A stretch of DNA of 64,000 nt from contig CAJINV010000004.1 in assembly GCA_905178155.1 (NCBI GenBank), positions 1,302,881 through 1,366,880 on the forward strand. The letters run 5' to 3'. The stretch is from Amoebophrya sp. A120 (taxonomy: Eukaryota; Protista; Dinoflagellata). The notes beneath the pieces are model-generated. The model ran no database searches, was not told where the DNA came from, and saw nothing but the letters and a program-made list of their open reading frames with translations. Shown one piece after another: positions 22,494-36,468 of the stretch; position 1 is the stretch's first letter; every line of letters begins with the position of its first letter. Position numbers and translations under genes: made by a program.

Positions 22494-24642
22494 AGTTGTT
22501 TCGTAGACCACGTCGTACTAAAGAGTGCATAATTCTCCTGCTAGCTTTCCAGACAACAAAGGCTGTTGCTACTTCTAGGTTCTATCTGAAATAATTCCAA
22601 TGTTTTTACGATGAAAATTTTCACGACCTATTTCCCGCAGCGGGCTACTTTTCAGACGACACAAAACCACGCAAAGACGACCACGGCCGAATGAAAAAAC
22701 ACAAAGCAACTCGCTGGAACACGATAATTCCGACCTTTCCCCCGCCGGCCGCTTTACGCTTTACCCCCGGGTCGTGAGTGGAAAATTTCCGACCGCTCTT
22801 CAAAGATGACGTCACACCAGTCGAATGTAGCAGCTCATATATTGAATAAAGACAACCTGGGAGGACGTTTACTTGCTCGCGCGCAGCAAAAAAGTTGTTC
22901 CGTTGTCAAATTATTCACATTTGTATTTCTTGACGAGGTGCTGGATGACATATATTCTGCAAAGTAGTGCAAAAGCATATAATATTCAACTGTGCTGTAA
23001 ATTCGTGCACACTTGTAGTGAAATGCAGCTGAATTCTCAAATCTTCCATGTAGCACCCGGTGTTGACACTACCTTTTTACACAAAAGCTTACTAAGAGAA
23101 GTACAACAATAAGCATAGCAAAGTAAACTAATCTAAAACTTAATAAAAATAAAATATGGAAAGCACACCTAGATCGCTGGTTATTTCGTTTTTCAAGAGC
23201 GGAAGGAAGTAGCATGGGGAACCTAAAGAGGGCGAAGTTGAAGGGCGAGCAAGTGTTCGTTTGTAAGCATTCTTGTGGTCAGCTCAGAGCAAGCGTCTAC
23301 TAGTTCTCACGACCAGGCGCGGCCGTTGGACCTGCTCTTGCTTGACCATATAATAAGTATCATTCCACGTTGTTCTCGTGATCATTCAGACAGGAAATAA
23401 CGAATTGGGTAACTTTTGAAACTTGCATAGGACGAGGACATGATTTTTGTTAAATTTGGTTTTTAAGTAGACTACTCATCGTCGCACTAGACTAGGTGTT
23501 ACACTGCAAAAAATTTTGGATTACTTGCATTTCGCTTCCACCCTACTTTTCGCGGGGACGAGGCAGGGCAGAAGCTGCAAACGCGGACTACTGTTGTCTT
23601 CACCTGCTTGCTTTTCATGCAAGCGTTTTGTTTCTCGTAGTTCTAGTTCTACTAGTTCCGTGGTCCACCTAGAAGGCTTATTTCTACGTCGGCATACTAG
23701 GATGAGGTCTTGTCAAGGAGTTCGTTTTATAGGAGCTACCGCGAAAATTTTCGAAATGTACAGGGAAGATTGATTCTTGTATACAAGGCATTTGAGTCGG
23801 TTCATTTACCAGTCTGATTCATGCAGAAGTTGTCGTATTCTGAGAAGATGCCATCAAAATGAATATGAAAATGTTAACTATCCATTTTAGTCTTGCACAT
23901 TTACTAAACCATTTCTGCTCTATTTCGCAAGAATCATGTGCGCTGCAGTTTCATTCCGCCAATGATATTTTTTGACTTCTTTTGCGCTTCGATAGGTAAA
24001 ACTGCTCGAAACCGCAAGAGCTCGTGCAACATAACGGTTTCATTCCAAGCAGAGCCTCATCACAACTGTGTATGATTAAAGACCGGTCTTCATTCATCAC
24101 TTTGTTTTGCAAAAAAACAAAGACCATGATCTAGCCCAGCATAGAAATTATTTCGAAACAATTCCACAAGATGTTCTTGCCACAATACTTTGCTCGTACG
24201 CATCTCAACAAAAAAGAAAGCTCATCGCACATCCTTCGACGGTGCCGACGTGATGAACTAGTTCACGCACGCCGCATATTGTAACCTAGTTCTTCAAATA
24301 AAGTAACATCTTCGAGGGGATGATAGTTCTTCCGAAGCTCGCATGTAGTTCTTGGGTGGACTAGTATGCTTCTGAGTTTTGTTCATCTTCTACCGCAGCG
24401 GTGACATTTATTTTGGCACTTAGAAATTGCGTTCTTGACAACTTACTACTCTCGTAGTCGTGCTTGTGTTGATATTCCTTTACTATGCTTAGCAACTACC
24501 TCGTGCGCGGTTGATGAAAAACATGTCGTCTGCCGGGGAACAGAAAGACGGTTTTCAAAAACTACTACGGATCGTCGTCGTCGTGTACTTTGCCCACTGA
24601 GCAGCAGTACTACTTTTTTTCAATTTCATTTCAGTACCTTAC

Positions 24643-27600
24643 TTATTGCGGAGTGTTTAGCGCCGCGGCCTTCATAGAAGGGATACACAAAGCTGGCAGT
24701 CCTCCGAGGACCTTGATAGCCGGCCGGCTGTTGTCGGCCTCGATGGAGACCCAGGAGGAAAGCGCAATGTAGGTGGTCCACAAGAACACGAACAGAAGGC
24801 TGACGCCGTACTTGAGTCCCGCCGGGCCGCCGAACTCCCCACCCACCGCTTTTCTTCGGTACAGGAGCGCGCCGATCGCGATCAAAGCGCCGACGGTGTA
24901 GATCATGACGGAATAACCCAGCTCCTCACCGTAGTGCACGAGACCGCCATCTGGGTTATCTTTCATGATTTGAAGCCCGGACTTCACGGTCGCAATCTTC
25001 TGCATCCATTCACACGTAACACCTGAGGGGGTAGAGATTTTTATTTTTTCACATCAAGATCTAGATCAGTCACACAGAAAACTACTGAATGAAGTGTATT
25101 AGGACATGGCAAACAAAATTATTCCTTTTACGGATCTTCACCCGAATGAAGATTGATACAACGAAGAAGTGCAAAACAACTGTAAGAAGCAGCTACTTCT
25201 GTCAACTAAAAAAATGATAAACAAAAAAAAATCCTTAGGATTTTTACCCTCGATTGACCAATAAATCGCCCCCATTGTCCACGGGACACCCAGCCCGACG
25301 AAGACGTTCACTGCGTTGCTTCCCGTCACGTTGGTTACCGACGAATCTGCGTACTCATCCTGCAGCGCCGCCGTTCGGGAGGCGAAGGTATCGGGCAAGG
25401 AAGTTCCCAGCGCAACCAGGGTGATGGCGGTGACCATATCGGGAATGTCCAGTGTGCACCCGACCATCTCGGCCACGTCGGCTATTATCGCGGTCTGGAA
25501 GCAGATAATCCCGAGAGCGGCGTAGAACACCGCCCACCCGTTTCCGTACGACGGTGGCGGGGCGCACGCGCAAAGCAGGTTCCAGGGAATGGAAAACACG
25601 TGCAGGACCATTTCGCCCCACGACGCTTCCGCCTGCTCCTCCTTGCTGCCGCCGCCTGTGATGAAGATGTAGTTGAAAGGATTTGGTTCGATAATCGCGA
25701 ATAATTATGTGCTGGATCCGATTTCTACTGTGCACTTTTTTTCATCATGCGATGTGGTACCTAGAAGACGAACTTCTTCGGACAACTCTTTGCTGCAATA
25801 GTGCAACTCATGTACTACGATGTTGTGCTCAAGGAACAAAAATCAAATTATTTTCGATAAATAGTAGTTGTACAGTAGCACGCCGACACAAATTGCTGTC
25901 CCCATGAGGTTGTCCCTGCGAACATGCTATCAAATGCAAAAATGTCTGGGTCTGGGAGTTTGCGAGATTTGTCATGCTAGTCTGGCATGACTCTAAACTC
26001 TGTATTGCGTAGCCGCGAACAGCTCATATAATCTGTCATGCAAAAACGCAGTTTCTCATGCGGAGTACGCAACTCAGAACCACGGAAAAACTTGTCAACA
26101 TGCTTGGCAGCGCATTACAGTCTGCTCACTATTCCCTTTATTGCATCACAAGTTTCCAGACCCAGACATATTTGCAATGCATACATGCGGTCGTAAGTTC
26201 CACTTAGCCTCGACTTCGCCTTCAAGAGCATGTCCGTTTTTTCGCCCTCCGCAGCGAAAACGAAGGACAGAAAGCCTGATGGTGTTGGAAATGGGATTTA
26301 TTTTTGAAAATACCAACATCTTCTGCATGCTGCTGAAATGAACGCAATAAAGCGTTTCGGTACAGTAAACAGATATTGCAGCCTTTCGCTGCAAGAACAC
26401 GCAGATTTTTTTTTATCAATCGACGTGCTAGTGGTCTAAGCAATAAGTATTTATTACCCGACAACAAAAAAAAAATCCGAAAAACAATAATCAGTAGTAC
26501 ATGCATCCTCGCCGCCGTCGGTATCCGGGTTGAACGGTCCGTCGGTGAGCGAGAGACGGAATTCCAATTTGTCCCTTACGCGTGTGGCCGTGGGTCGGAG
26601 ATTTACCGTGATCGTTTTTTCGATTTCCTGGTCCTCAAAGACCAAATCGTCTTCCTCGATGGGGTCAAAGTCCACGGCTTCCTTCGCGCTGCCCTCTTCC
26701 GTTTTCACCTTGCACTTCAGCTCCCCGTTGCCGCCCTTCCTTCGCACCACTTTCGCCTCGATCGATTGGGCGCCATGGGGAATCTTGATTTCCTCGGCTT
26801 CAAATTGCAGCACCCCCGGGAAGTCATCGTCAATGATGGTCACGTGGAGGGTGGGACCGCTGTTTTAATAATATCATTAATTTAGGGTAGTTCTTGTATT
26901 TTCACTATGTTGCTCTCGCGGTTCTTTCTGTTTCATCGACTACATGCGACGTCTGATGTTGAACAATCACGGCACCACGACTTTTCAATTCCTTTGGAAC
27001 AGGAACATAATATCTACCAACCAAATTTAAAAAACGAAAACCAATATCTTTTATTGATAGTACAAGACTTCACAGGTGCCCGCTTCTGGGAAGATGTCAA
27101 TGTAGAAGTCCATGTCGGGTTCCACTATATCGTCGTCAACAATCTGCTATCAACTGCAAAAATGTCTGGGTCTGAAAGAGTCGGGGCTTGTCATGCACAT
27201 TCTGCATGCACATTCTGCATGGCCCGTGAGGTCTGTGATGCTGGTGCTGGCATCACGGATTTTTTGCGAGCTTCTTGATGCTAATTACGCATGAGAAATG
27301 CCCTCTCTGCGTGCCAAGAGCTGACTCCTCTTGCTGCTCATGCAACACAGACTTTTTTAGAATCCGCAGACAGCATTACAAGTTCCACTCTTCCAGACCC
27401 AGACATATTTGCAATCCATATCTGCACGGAGACATACTGTGTTTCCTCGTTGGTGGAGGGGGAAAATTCTAGCTTCCCGCTCGTCGCGACGTATTCCGTT
27501 TTGTCTTTCCCCGTGCCATCGCGCGTTTCGTAGTGGAGCACAGCCTGATAGTAGTTTTTAGGGTCATAGCTTTCTTGATGCAGAGGTAGTTCTTGTTGAC

Positions 27601-29746
27601 CTCCAACTTGAATAAAGTAGGCTTCTAGGTCTACTGTCAACAACTACATGGACCGAAAACATACGCACCAAAACGTGTTCGTGTAGTGATGATGGTATTG
27701 AAAATTACAGGAGGTAGAGGAGCTACAACAACCTAGTACCGGTGCTGTGTTCGTAAAGCAACTGATGAAAAAGAAAAAAGCACAAAAATATCCCTTCTTA
27801 TTATCAATACCGTTTTTGTCGAGGAAAAGCATTTGACTGGGATTTGCACCGTCCCGGCGCATTCGAGGCAGACAAAGTGGTTGTCCGGCACGTCCCAAAA
27901 GACGTGCGGCACGTTTGTTGCGGCACTGTCTTTGGAACTTGGATTGCCCTCGCTGGTCGCGGACCCACGCTTCATGCCCTTCACGGCTTCCTGTCGGTAG
28001 GTCGCCCGTGTTTTCTTGGGTCGCAACTCCTTTTCCAGCAGCTTCAAAATCGTATCCTCAGGAAGTTCCTTGCCTGAAAAAAGTTTATTTCGATGCCGTG
28101 TTTTTCTTTTTCGTATTCTATCAGTTCATTATAGCTAAAATTCTGTAGTTTTTGCAGCCACTAAGAAGAGATTGACCATTTGTGCTGCCCGTAGTTCCGT
28201 CTTCCTCTTTGAAAAGCAAACATGCGGTACTGTCGGATCAAGAATAATTTTTGCCCTTCTTCTAACAAACACCAGAGCCAGCCACGCCGTATAAAATCTC
28301 TATCAAAATACCAAATTTCGCCCGCAGATTTTCGGCATACTCTGCGATTTCGTCTTCGCTCATACCGCTGTAGGTGACTTTCTCCGTGACCACCTCGTCG
28401 CGGGAGCTGGAAAACATGCCCTTGTCGGCCATGTAGCAAATCTGCACGAGGCCGGGGAACATGAGAAAGGTGACCACGCCCTCCCAGATGTCCACGATGT
28501 TCGGCGTGACGATTTGGAGCACAAAGTAGAGCCAGAGGTAGGCAAAAATGGCGAAAAACGCGGTGATGCCGAAGACCGTCATGTCCTTGATCATCCGCAC
28601 TTCGTGCGACCCAATCACGGAAATGCAGAGCCCGATGATCAGAAACAAGTTGAAGGACGCGGACCCGACGATGGTGTTCGCACCGAGGTCACCCGTGAAG
28701 AAGTCCTTACCTATAGGGAATGATCATGGTAATGATTTTTTCAGAATTTTTTCTTGCATATTCTATTGCGATGATAGCCAATAGAAACTTTCTTTGTCAT
28801 GCAGTTTTAATATCAGTGCAAGTACGGCAAGCACGGGCTATCATTATGCATATACAGTATGTTCGAAAAAAAGAAAAGAAATATCTCTATACTGACGAGC
28901 TCGATAATCGACAGCAAAATTTCTGGCGTGCTGGATCCGAAGGCCATTAAGGTCAGGTTCGCCACCGTGTCGTTCCAAACCTATCAAATGTAAAAATGTC
29001 TGGGTCTGGGAACTTGTGATGCTGGGTAGCGTCTCATGATGAGGCTACAAATGCTGGCTCAGCATGACAAGTTTCTGAGCTCCTAGGTGTTGCCTATTCT
29101 GCATGACAAACTGCGCTTCTGCATCACAGAAAAACGCAGCTCTTGGGTAACGTGCATGACAGATTTAACAGTCATGCCAGACAAGCATGACAAACATGCA
29201 TTCTTCCAGACCCAGACATATTTGCAATCCATAAAACCGTGACCGTGACCATTCTTGCGGGGTCGGTCGGGTGCCTCACCCGCTTCTTCTGACTGGTAAT
29301 TTTTTCAATGCCGGACATAAACGTATCCGAGGAGATCGCGACCCCCAGAAAGAGCCACCCGAGGAAGAAGATGTAGAGCACCGCCCGGAGGGCGTCATCC
29401 GTCTCGTGCTCATCGTCGCTGAAGGGAAGGAAGACACCTGATATGATATAGCGTTTTATTGTTTATTTTTCCAAGGTGGAAGTGGAACCCCAACGACCTC
29501 CCTGTACATTATGCGAGACTGGCATTAATGCGAGAGCAGTACCCAGGCATCAAGATCAACATCTTATTCTACTTGAGTTACTTATTAAATTTCACACGTG
29601 GTCTTCTACCAGGGCGTCAAAACCTCCAACTTTTGTCTGTATCATTCTAGTTCTACGAAAATAAATCGTATTAAATCTATACCTTCAGTCCCACCCTCCT
29701 TGCAGATCCTGGGCTGCTTGGTGATGGTTTGCGTAAGCGTCGCCAT
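24643..29746 (-). CDS. Na+/Ca2+ exchanger (NCX/SLC8 family) with Calx-beta domains
   Basis: Alpha-1 VWNDTVANLTLMAFGSSTPEILL and TIVGSASFN; alpha-2 VALGTSLPDTFAS...NVTGSNAVNVFVGLG; Calx-beta VTIIDDDFPG. Three introners plus GT-AG introns. Confidence 0.95.
25928..26183. mobile_element. Introner, TIR family A (interior inverted relative to 15896)
   Basis: Direct repeat CATGC; join gives TYDRM|FAGTTSWGQQF. Confidence 0.92.
27148..27420. mobile_element. Introner, TIR family A
   Basis: Direct repeat TCTGC; join gives YVSVQ|IVDDDIVEPD (Calx-beta). Confidence 0.92.
28982..29233. mobile_element. Introner, TIR family A
   Basis: Direct repeat AAACC; join gives the conserved VTV|WNDTVANLTLMA. Confidence 0.95.
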
Positions 29747-32168
29747 GTTGTGGTAGTTTTGTTTTTTACAAGAACATAATGGTCAAATGAATCAGCCCGC
29801 AACCAATTGTATAGCTCCGGGTGCCCACAACTCGTCCGGTAGAAGGCACACCAGCTAGAGTGATAATTTTTTATGAAGGTTCTTGTTGTGTGGTGAAAAT
29901 TTCAAGGTAAAAATTGGTTCGCGAAGACGTTGAAAGCTACCGGGACACAAATCCTTCAGAACGCTCTTCGTAGTCGTGTTAAGCTTTGCGATAGTTGTAA
30001 ACGCAGCCCTCGAGGGATGGAAGCCGGAGCCCAGATGAGCTTAAAAATCGTAGTTTGTGGATGAAATCTTGGTGGGTCGTGTTATGATTTCGTCGTAGAG
30101 GTGAGTTCTTCACTACGAAAAAAACAAGCTGTAGTGTTTCGCACAAGAAGAAGAATTGACGTCAGTACAACGAGTTTTTTAATATTAACCTCACACGGGT
30201 AGTTATAATTTTTGCTCGTAAATTATAGTACTTCAACGTCTGCAAACAACTCAAGCGATTTCAATAGCGCAGAGGACGAAGAGCCCGATGAAAATCCCTG
30301 CGATCTGCTCGAAACGACTGCACTCAGGTGGACGTTGTACTACGAGAGGGCAGCTTGCGGCCTTTTTACACGGTTGGTGACTGAGTACGTATGTAGTTTC
30401 GTTTCTCAGGACGAGATAAAAATATTCAGTACGAAAAGATGCAGATACAGAAAAGACGGCGGTGAATTCCGTTAGTATGACGGGTTCTTCTTGTAGTAGA
30501 GTACAACGAGGTGGTTATGCGACAAAGCAAATACTTACGTTCTTGGAGTGGCTGCTCATGGATTTTTCGAAAAGACGATTCTATTTCCTCACTTTCCGCA
30601 GTTCTTTCCCCATAATTCTTGACGAATCAAGCGAGTACGAAGAACCGATGTGATCATATTCTCTCACTTGTTTCACAGGCTCAGCACCGAGCTAGTAAGT
30701 CGACTCTTGCAATTGTCGCTCCTCAACCGATGGGACTCTCAACATCCTGCTTGTGCTTGTCACGGGAGATACTTTATATTTCCTTGTCAAAACTCACCTC
30801 AACCGAGAAATTTTGAGACCGACAAAGTCACGACACAACGATGCCACAAGAGCAAGATAGGAAAACGGAGATGAAACAATTTTCTCACAGCCAAAAGCTG
30901 TTTAGGTCCGTCCCTACAGAAGTAGGACCGCACAGCGCCGCAGCAGTGGCGTCCGTCCATGTGGCAGTTGCATCGAGGTTTTTCATTCAAAGGAAAGCGC
31001 GAAACATTCCATAGAGTGGACTAGTAGTCGATGCCAGCAGGAAGTTCTTTTTCAAGTGCTAGCAGTAGCAAGCGAGCGCAGAGGCAAGCATTTCAATAAA
31101 GAAACAAAAATATCCAAATAAACCAGTGTTGGCGCGCGTAAGTATCGGAAAAGATACTTAGATGAGCAGTATATCGCCCTGCGCGGGTTTTTAAAATGTT
31201 TTAATTGCAGAGTCAAGATAGAAAATTCAATAAATTTGTCAAATTAGGTCACCGAAAAAAAGCGGCGCCAAGCTCATCGGGGCACCACGATTAGTATGTG
31301 CATTTTTTTTCTCCTGTGCAATAGGAATAGCATTCGTCGGTAATACTTCTCTTGCTTCGGCAGTGCTCCTCCCCTGCGATAGAAAAACTCAGGAAGGTGG
31401 GAGAAAAGCTAGGAAGGGTTTTATTCTGGTGCGATACAAATTTAGGATTCGCGAGACACGGCTTACAACTCGAAAAAAGAGTGGTGAAAAGTTCGCGAGA
31501 AAAGGAAAGAAATAAGCAGTTTGTTTGTAGTCGTTTATTTCTGTTCTGTTACAACTTTTGGAATAGTAGTATAGAGGCTTGGTTTTGTAGTCGATTCATC
31601 TGGTTGTATCTTCTGGATTCAATCATCGCATCACTGCAAGTTAACAATTATAACACTGCTGTTGTGCTTTGCCGTAATAAAGTTCATTGCAAAAGGAATT
31701 CAAGTTCAGGGGGTTCCAAATCGGAAGCGCAAAAATCATGAGGTAAAAACAAACCCATGACTCTCACTGTGGATCAAGGCGAATGGAAAACGAGATGTAG
31801 GAGTGAGTTTCAATCATTCATCTTTGAGTTGTCATCTAAGGAGCGACAACTTTGTTAAGCGTCCTTAATATTAGTACTAGAGCAGTTCTTTCTTGGAAGC
31901 TATTGCTAGCAGTGTCGTAAATATGCCTCTTGTAGTGGGACGTCAAGAGCCATAAAAATCTTATAGCACCGGGCCGAAAATGATAAAAGCATTTCTCGAA
32001 ACATAAATTCTACAAAAAAAGTTCGCTATATCATCAGGGTTTATCATTATTTTCTGACCTCCAATTGAAAAGAAACCATTTCTACTTCGATCCCATACCG
32101 ACTAGTAATCGACGATGAAGACCCACAGCACGACACTCTACTTCTCCGATCCTCTGCATATTGTTCTA

Positions 32169-35100
32169 TCAGCGGCTGATTCCCCGCTGGCGGTAGCCCG
32201 CCGCGAGTCCCGGTCGGGAGAAGTAGTGTCGGTTGTTCGGGTGCAAGCGCGGGTTGTCATTGGACAGGAGACCGTGCACGTGCCAGTGCGGCTCGCCAAA
32301 CCCCTCGGACCGGCTGCGGTCCATCTGGTTGGACTTCTTCTTCCGCATGTAGGGATTGCTGGTGGAGGTCCCCTGCTGTCCATGCGTATCCCACGAAAAA
32401 AGTGTACTACACAGTGACACACAACTTCTGAGTATGCTCCTGGAACCTATCAACAACTCTTGTTGTTGCGCGCAGAGTAGATCACAAGGAAAAACACGTA
32501 CGAAACGAGGCCTGCAAGGAGCATTTTGTGCATGACAAGTGTCTTGCTGGTCCTGCAACATCATCACAATGGGTACTAGCTGTAGCACTTTTTTTTTTGC
32601 GATATGCGGTGGTCGGGGGCGTGGTCACCAGCACGGAACGGGAATCCTCAAAACGCGAAATGTCCTGATAAGTCATATGGAGTTTCAACACACTATACTT
32701 TTTTTGATGCCATATGCTATGTAGCCTGAAATAGGATCATGCAGAGAAACTCCTATCGTTCAAGCAGAGAAAGCACAAAAAAAAAATTCACGCAGCTCCG
32801 CATGACAAAGATATACTCTGTATACCGTCTGTCCCCCGCCCAGCGTGCTGTCGTCCTCCGGACTGGAGCTGGAAGAGTCTCCGGCGGGTATAGGGGTGAA
32901 AACAACTTGTAGAAGGAGGTCGGAAATTTGTATTGCGTGTCTCTCCATTTTCACATCAGAGATTTCTACCGTGTATGCATGACAAATTGAAATTTTCCGA
33001 CTTTCAGCTACTTTTTTTCATCCACATAAGTGTGGTTGTCACGGTGAAGGATCCCTCCATTGGCAGCGCCTTGTCCAATATGGATGTGTCAGGTTTGAAA
33101 TCGACAAAGTTGAAATAACTTGTAATGCATAAAATGGATGCCAGTTGGAGCCCAGTTTCCAAGTGGCGCATGACAAGTTTTGGTGGTGCCTAAATCCAGT
33201 TTGTAATGCTGTTTGGGTAAGGAAGACGCGTTTTGTCCTGCTACTTTGCAGCTCTATTTCTACCCCTCAACAGGCTTGCAATCTGCCTCCCTTGCCTACT
33301 CTGCAAGGCAGGCACTTTGTGGGCTGCATTTTATGCATGACAAAGTATTTCAACTTTGACGATTTCAAACCTGACACTTCCATATCCAAACTACGGCTGT
33401 TATGAAAGTGAGGAAAAACAAACCGCCTCATCCTGTAAGTGGCTGCTGCGAAGTTGCAATAAACAAGCGACCGAGGGTCGGCTTGCTCTTCTTTTCTTCT
33501 AGTTCTACAGATCTAGACCATGACCAGTTTATTTTTTGCATGATACTTACACAACTAGGAGCTTCATCACGACCCTGACCCTCATGCGTCGAATTTTAAA
33601 ATGAGAAGTTATAATATCGAACTACTGGAAAGGCCTGGATGTAGGTCTCGTTCGCAGATAGCAAATCAGACGATTTAGAAGTCTATTTTCCTCGCATATG
33701 TGCGCCGCGGCACATACGGATTCGCCTTTGGTGCGTACTGGGACGTGTACCTATGGTTTGGTTTTGTCACGGTTCTTTGTGATGCAGAAAAAACAACTAC
33801 CCAACTTGTGTTTTTGTATTTTTGCATCCTGCTCACTTCTACAGATGAATAATTTCATTTTTGTAATACTCACCTGGAGTCGTCTCCTTGGAACCATTCC
33901 TTCGAGTAACGGGTCGGTAACGCACCGAAATACACTCGGGTGTTCGGGTCGCGGAAAACGTTCAGGCGCGACTCCGGGCGCGTCGCGAACGACATGTCCC
34001 ACGACGGCTTCTTCTTGCCCCGCGGCTTGAGGATGCTCAAGGAACGCGAGGAGTTCTTGCTATGGAAGCGTCAGAATCGAAATCGTCAAAGTTGTCATGC
34101 AGAAAATGCAACCCACAAAATGCCTGTCTTGCAGAGTAGGCAAGACAGGCAGACTGTGAGCCTGAAAAAAGAAATAGAGCTGCTAAAGTAGCATGACAAA
34201 AGGCGTCCCCCTTACCCAAACAGCAACACAAACTGGATTCCGGCTCTACCCGAATTTGTCATGCGCGGCTTGGAAATTGGGCTTCCAACTGGTATCGATT
34301 TTATGCATCACAAACTATTTCAACTGTGACGATTTCAATCCTGACACCCCCATACTTGCCCTGCTGACTGTAGGTGCTGGTGTTCTCGGCCAGTTTGCTC
34401 TGCATATGCATTGCAAATATAATGTCTGGGGCTGGAGGATGCCACGCTGTTTTCGCATGACACAGAAGGTCTTGCATGGTAGCCCTAGCATCACAGATTT
34501 CGAGAAGGTGAAGGTCCTGCAATACCTAATCCGCATGACAAATCCCGCGCTTCCTTTGGTGACAAGAAGTGGGCATCTTTTGCTGCCTCTGCATGAGAGA
34601 TTTCTGTGTGTTGTGAAATGCGCAACACAACTTCACATCCTTCGAGACCTAGACATTTTTGCATTTGATACTGCAGCGCTCGGTACAACGGAGACTCGGA
34701 ACCTTTCGATATTATTTTCACTTTTCAAAAGTTTCGACTCGATTTTTTGTGATGCGCAGTCAGGAGCCGACATCGAAGAAGTTGTAGAGAGCTAAGTACT
34801 TCTTACACCCGTCAGTCTGTGGTCTTTGCCAACTACATGCGAACGATGCAAACTCAAACATCAAGAAATGATCCTATCCCGAGAATAAAGTCCTGCTGAA
34901 GACTTTGTTTAAAGAAGACGGCTTCATCGTCCAGCAGTACAGAAAATTAATTGTACCTTGATTCATGATGGAACTGGAAGAACCGCCTTCCGCCTTGAAA
35001 TAGCTGGAGTTGGGCGCGAAAATGGAGGTGGCTTCGCCGCGGGGGGTCCAGTCCCGGGCCGGGCTGGGCAGCTCGCGTACCCGGTACGAAGTCTCCAGAT

Positions 35101-36468
35101 AAGTATGGACGCGGAAGGCAAATTGATGTAAATACGTCATCTACTAGAACTACATCACTGTCCCCTAAATCTTAGCTTGTCGTTGTATAATTAGCTTTCT
35201 CATGTCTAGCGCATCTTCTGTCGAACGACCTTGTAAACTTTCGCCTCTGGTGGCTGCTGTGGAAAGATGAACAAGAACTACAACTAACTACGAGATGACC
35301 CTCTAGTTCGCTACAAAAGGTACTGCACGAACAAAACCAGTACCTCCAAAAGACACACTTATCTAAATCATTCCCCTTCCATACCCCGGCCTGCTGAAGT
35401 AGTGGCGGCAGTTATCAAAAGGAAACATCCCCCCTCCCCATATCAAAACGAAGTTTCTGATGCTGGATTTGCGTACACAGATCCGACTTGTCTTGCAGTA
35501 AGGCACTGCGGCCAGATCCGCAGCCTAGGTAGGAGCGTTTGGGTCTAGTTGTTCAGCATTGCAAACGGCTACCCTCTAGGACCAGCAGCATGACAAATCG
35601 CTTCCGCAATTGGTCGGATGCCTCTGCACTTGTCTTCTTGAAAGACAAACCTGATTTGTGGTCACAAATCAGCAACACAAATTTTCGGAAACATACCTTT
35701 TCAATATGGGGAGGGGGGACTTTTCCTGTCAATAGCAGTTCGGATTCAGATTTCTGTTGTCGGAGTTCGCCATTTGCCCAAACACGTGCCATATCAAATG
35801 TAAAAGTGTCTGGGTCTGGGATATTCCGAGATTTGTCATGCAGTTTTTCCAAGCTCCCCCACGTCTGGAATGCAGGGCCTAGCATCACAGGTTCTGCAGG
35901 TCCTTGGTGATGTGTATTCTGCATGAGAAATGCCCTCTCAGCATGGCCAGAAGTGGGCACCTTTTGCACGTTATGCATCACAGAGCTTTGTAGAATCCGC
36001 AACAAGCATCACAAGTTCGAATCCTTCCAGACCCAGACTACATATTTGCATTTGATATGCCACCGGCCGTCCCAGGACCTGTGGAGGTAAAGATTCGAAG
36101 ATCAGGGACAACTTACTAGCAAGCACAACAAATTATACAAGACCATGACCTTCACAAAAATCCATGAAACATATGTTCTTCTCCCATCAATTTTCTATTT
36201 TCTACATCTCTGCGTGCTGTCGGGATTTGGGGCGGCTCGTCTTCGCTTGCAGGTGCTCGTCTACCGAGAAATGCCGGGTCGAGCGGCGCTTCTCCGAGAA
36301 GCGTACACCGGTCTTGTCTTGGTAGTCGATTCCGGTTTTGTGCCGCGCCGCTATCGCGGGGTCAAAGTAGTCGCGCTCCTTCAGACTGCGGCCCTGGCCG
36401 TTGCGATCCGAGTACCCGAGCGACGCGTGGCTCTCGTCCCAGTCGTTTTTATTGTAGAACGACGGCAT
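32169..36468 (-). CDS. Hypothetical protein with four W-x-N-x-R-x-YF repeats, fragmented by 7 introners and several canonical introns
   Basis: In-frame joins give WDGRWHVFGQMANSDNRNLNPNC|RHYFSRPG, YRALQ|SKLAENTSTYSQQGK|NSSRSL and RSL|DKALPMEG, among others. One junction (35384-35140) is unresolved. Confidence 0.7.
32387..32604. mobile_element. Introner with diverged direct repeats
   Basis: IR TATC.CA..AAAAAAGTG; flanks ATGCG/TGCGG; element+5 removal restores the frame (PPTT(A/H)GQQGTSTSNPY). Confidence 0.75.
32889..33028. mobile_element. Degenerate introner
   Basis: Residual IR TAT..GG.TGAAAA and GTCGGAAA(A)TTT; flanks no longer match, but element+5 removal is in frame; contains GCATGACAAA. 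Confidence 0.6.
33079..33384. mobile_element. Introner, TIR family C (about 55-bp IR)
   Basis: IR TATGGA.GTGTCAGGTTTGAAATCG.CAAAGTTGAAATA; direct repeat TCCAA. Confidence 0.9.
34061..34354. mobile_element. Introner, TIR family C (opposite orientation to 33079)
   Basis: Direct repeat CTTGC; the interior is reverse-complement-similar to 33079-33384. Confidence 0.9.
34405..34670. mobile_element. Introner, TIR family A
   Basis: Direct repeat CTGCA; in-frame join. Confidence 0.88.
35413..35734. mobile_element. Introner, TIR family B
   Basis: IR TAT..A.AGGAAA..TCCCCCCTCCCCATAT; direct repeat GCAGT. Confidence 0.9.
35792..36057. mobile_element. Introner, TIR family A
   Basis: Direct repeat TGCCA; join gives DGRW|HVFGQ. 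Confidence 0.9.

Noticed and set aside
28712-28891. NCX intron with TATAG...CTATA ends as another introner
   Set aside because: The IR is only about 6 nt and the flanks do not match. The GT-AG splice (IELVSKDFFTG) matches the usual NCX spacing better than element+5 removal, so at most a very old relic.
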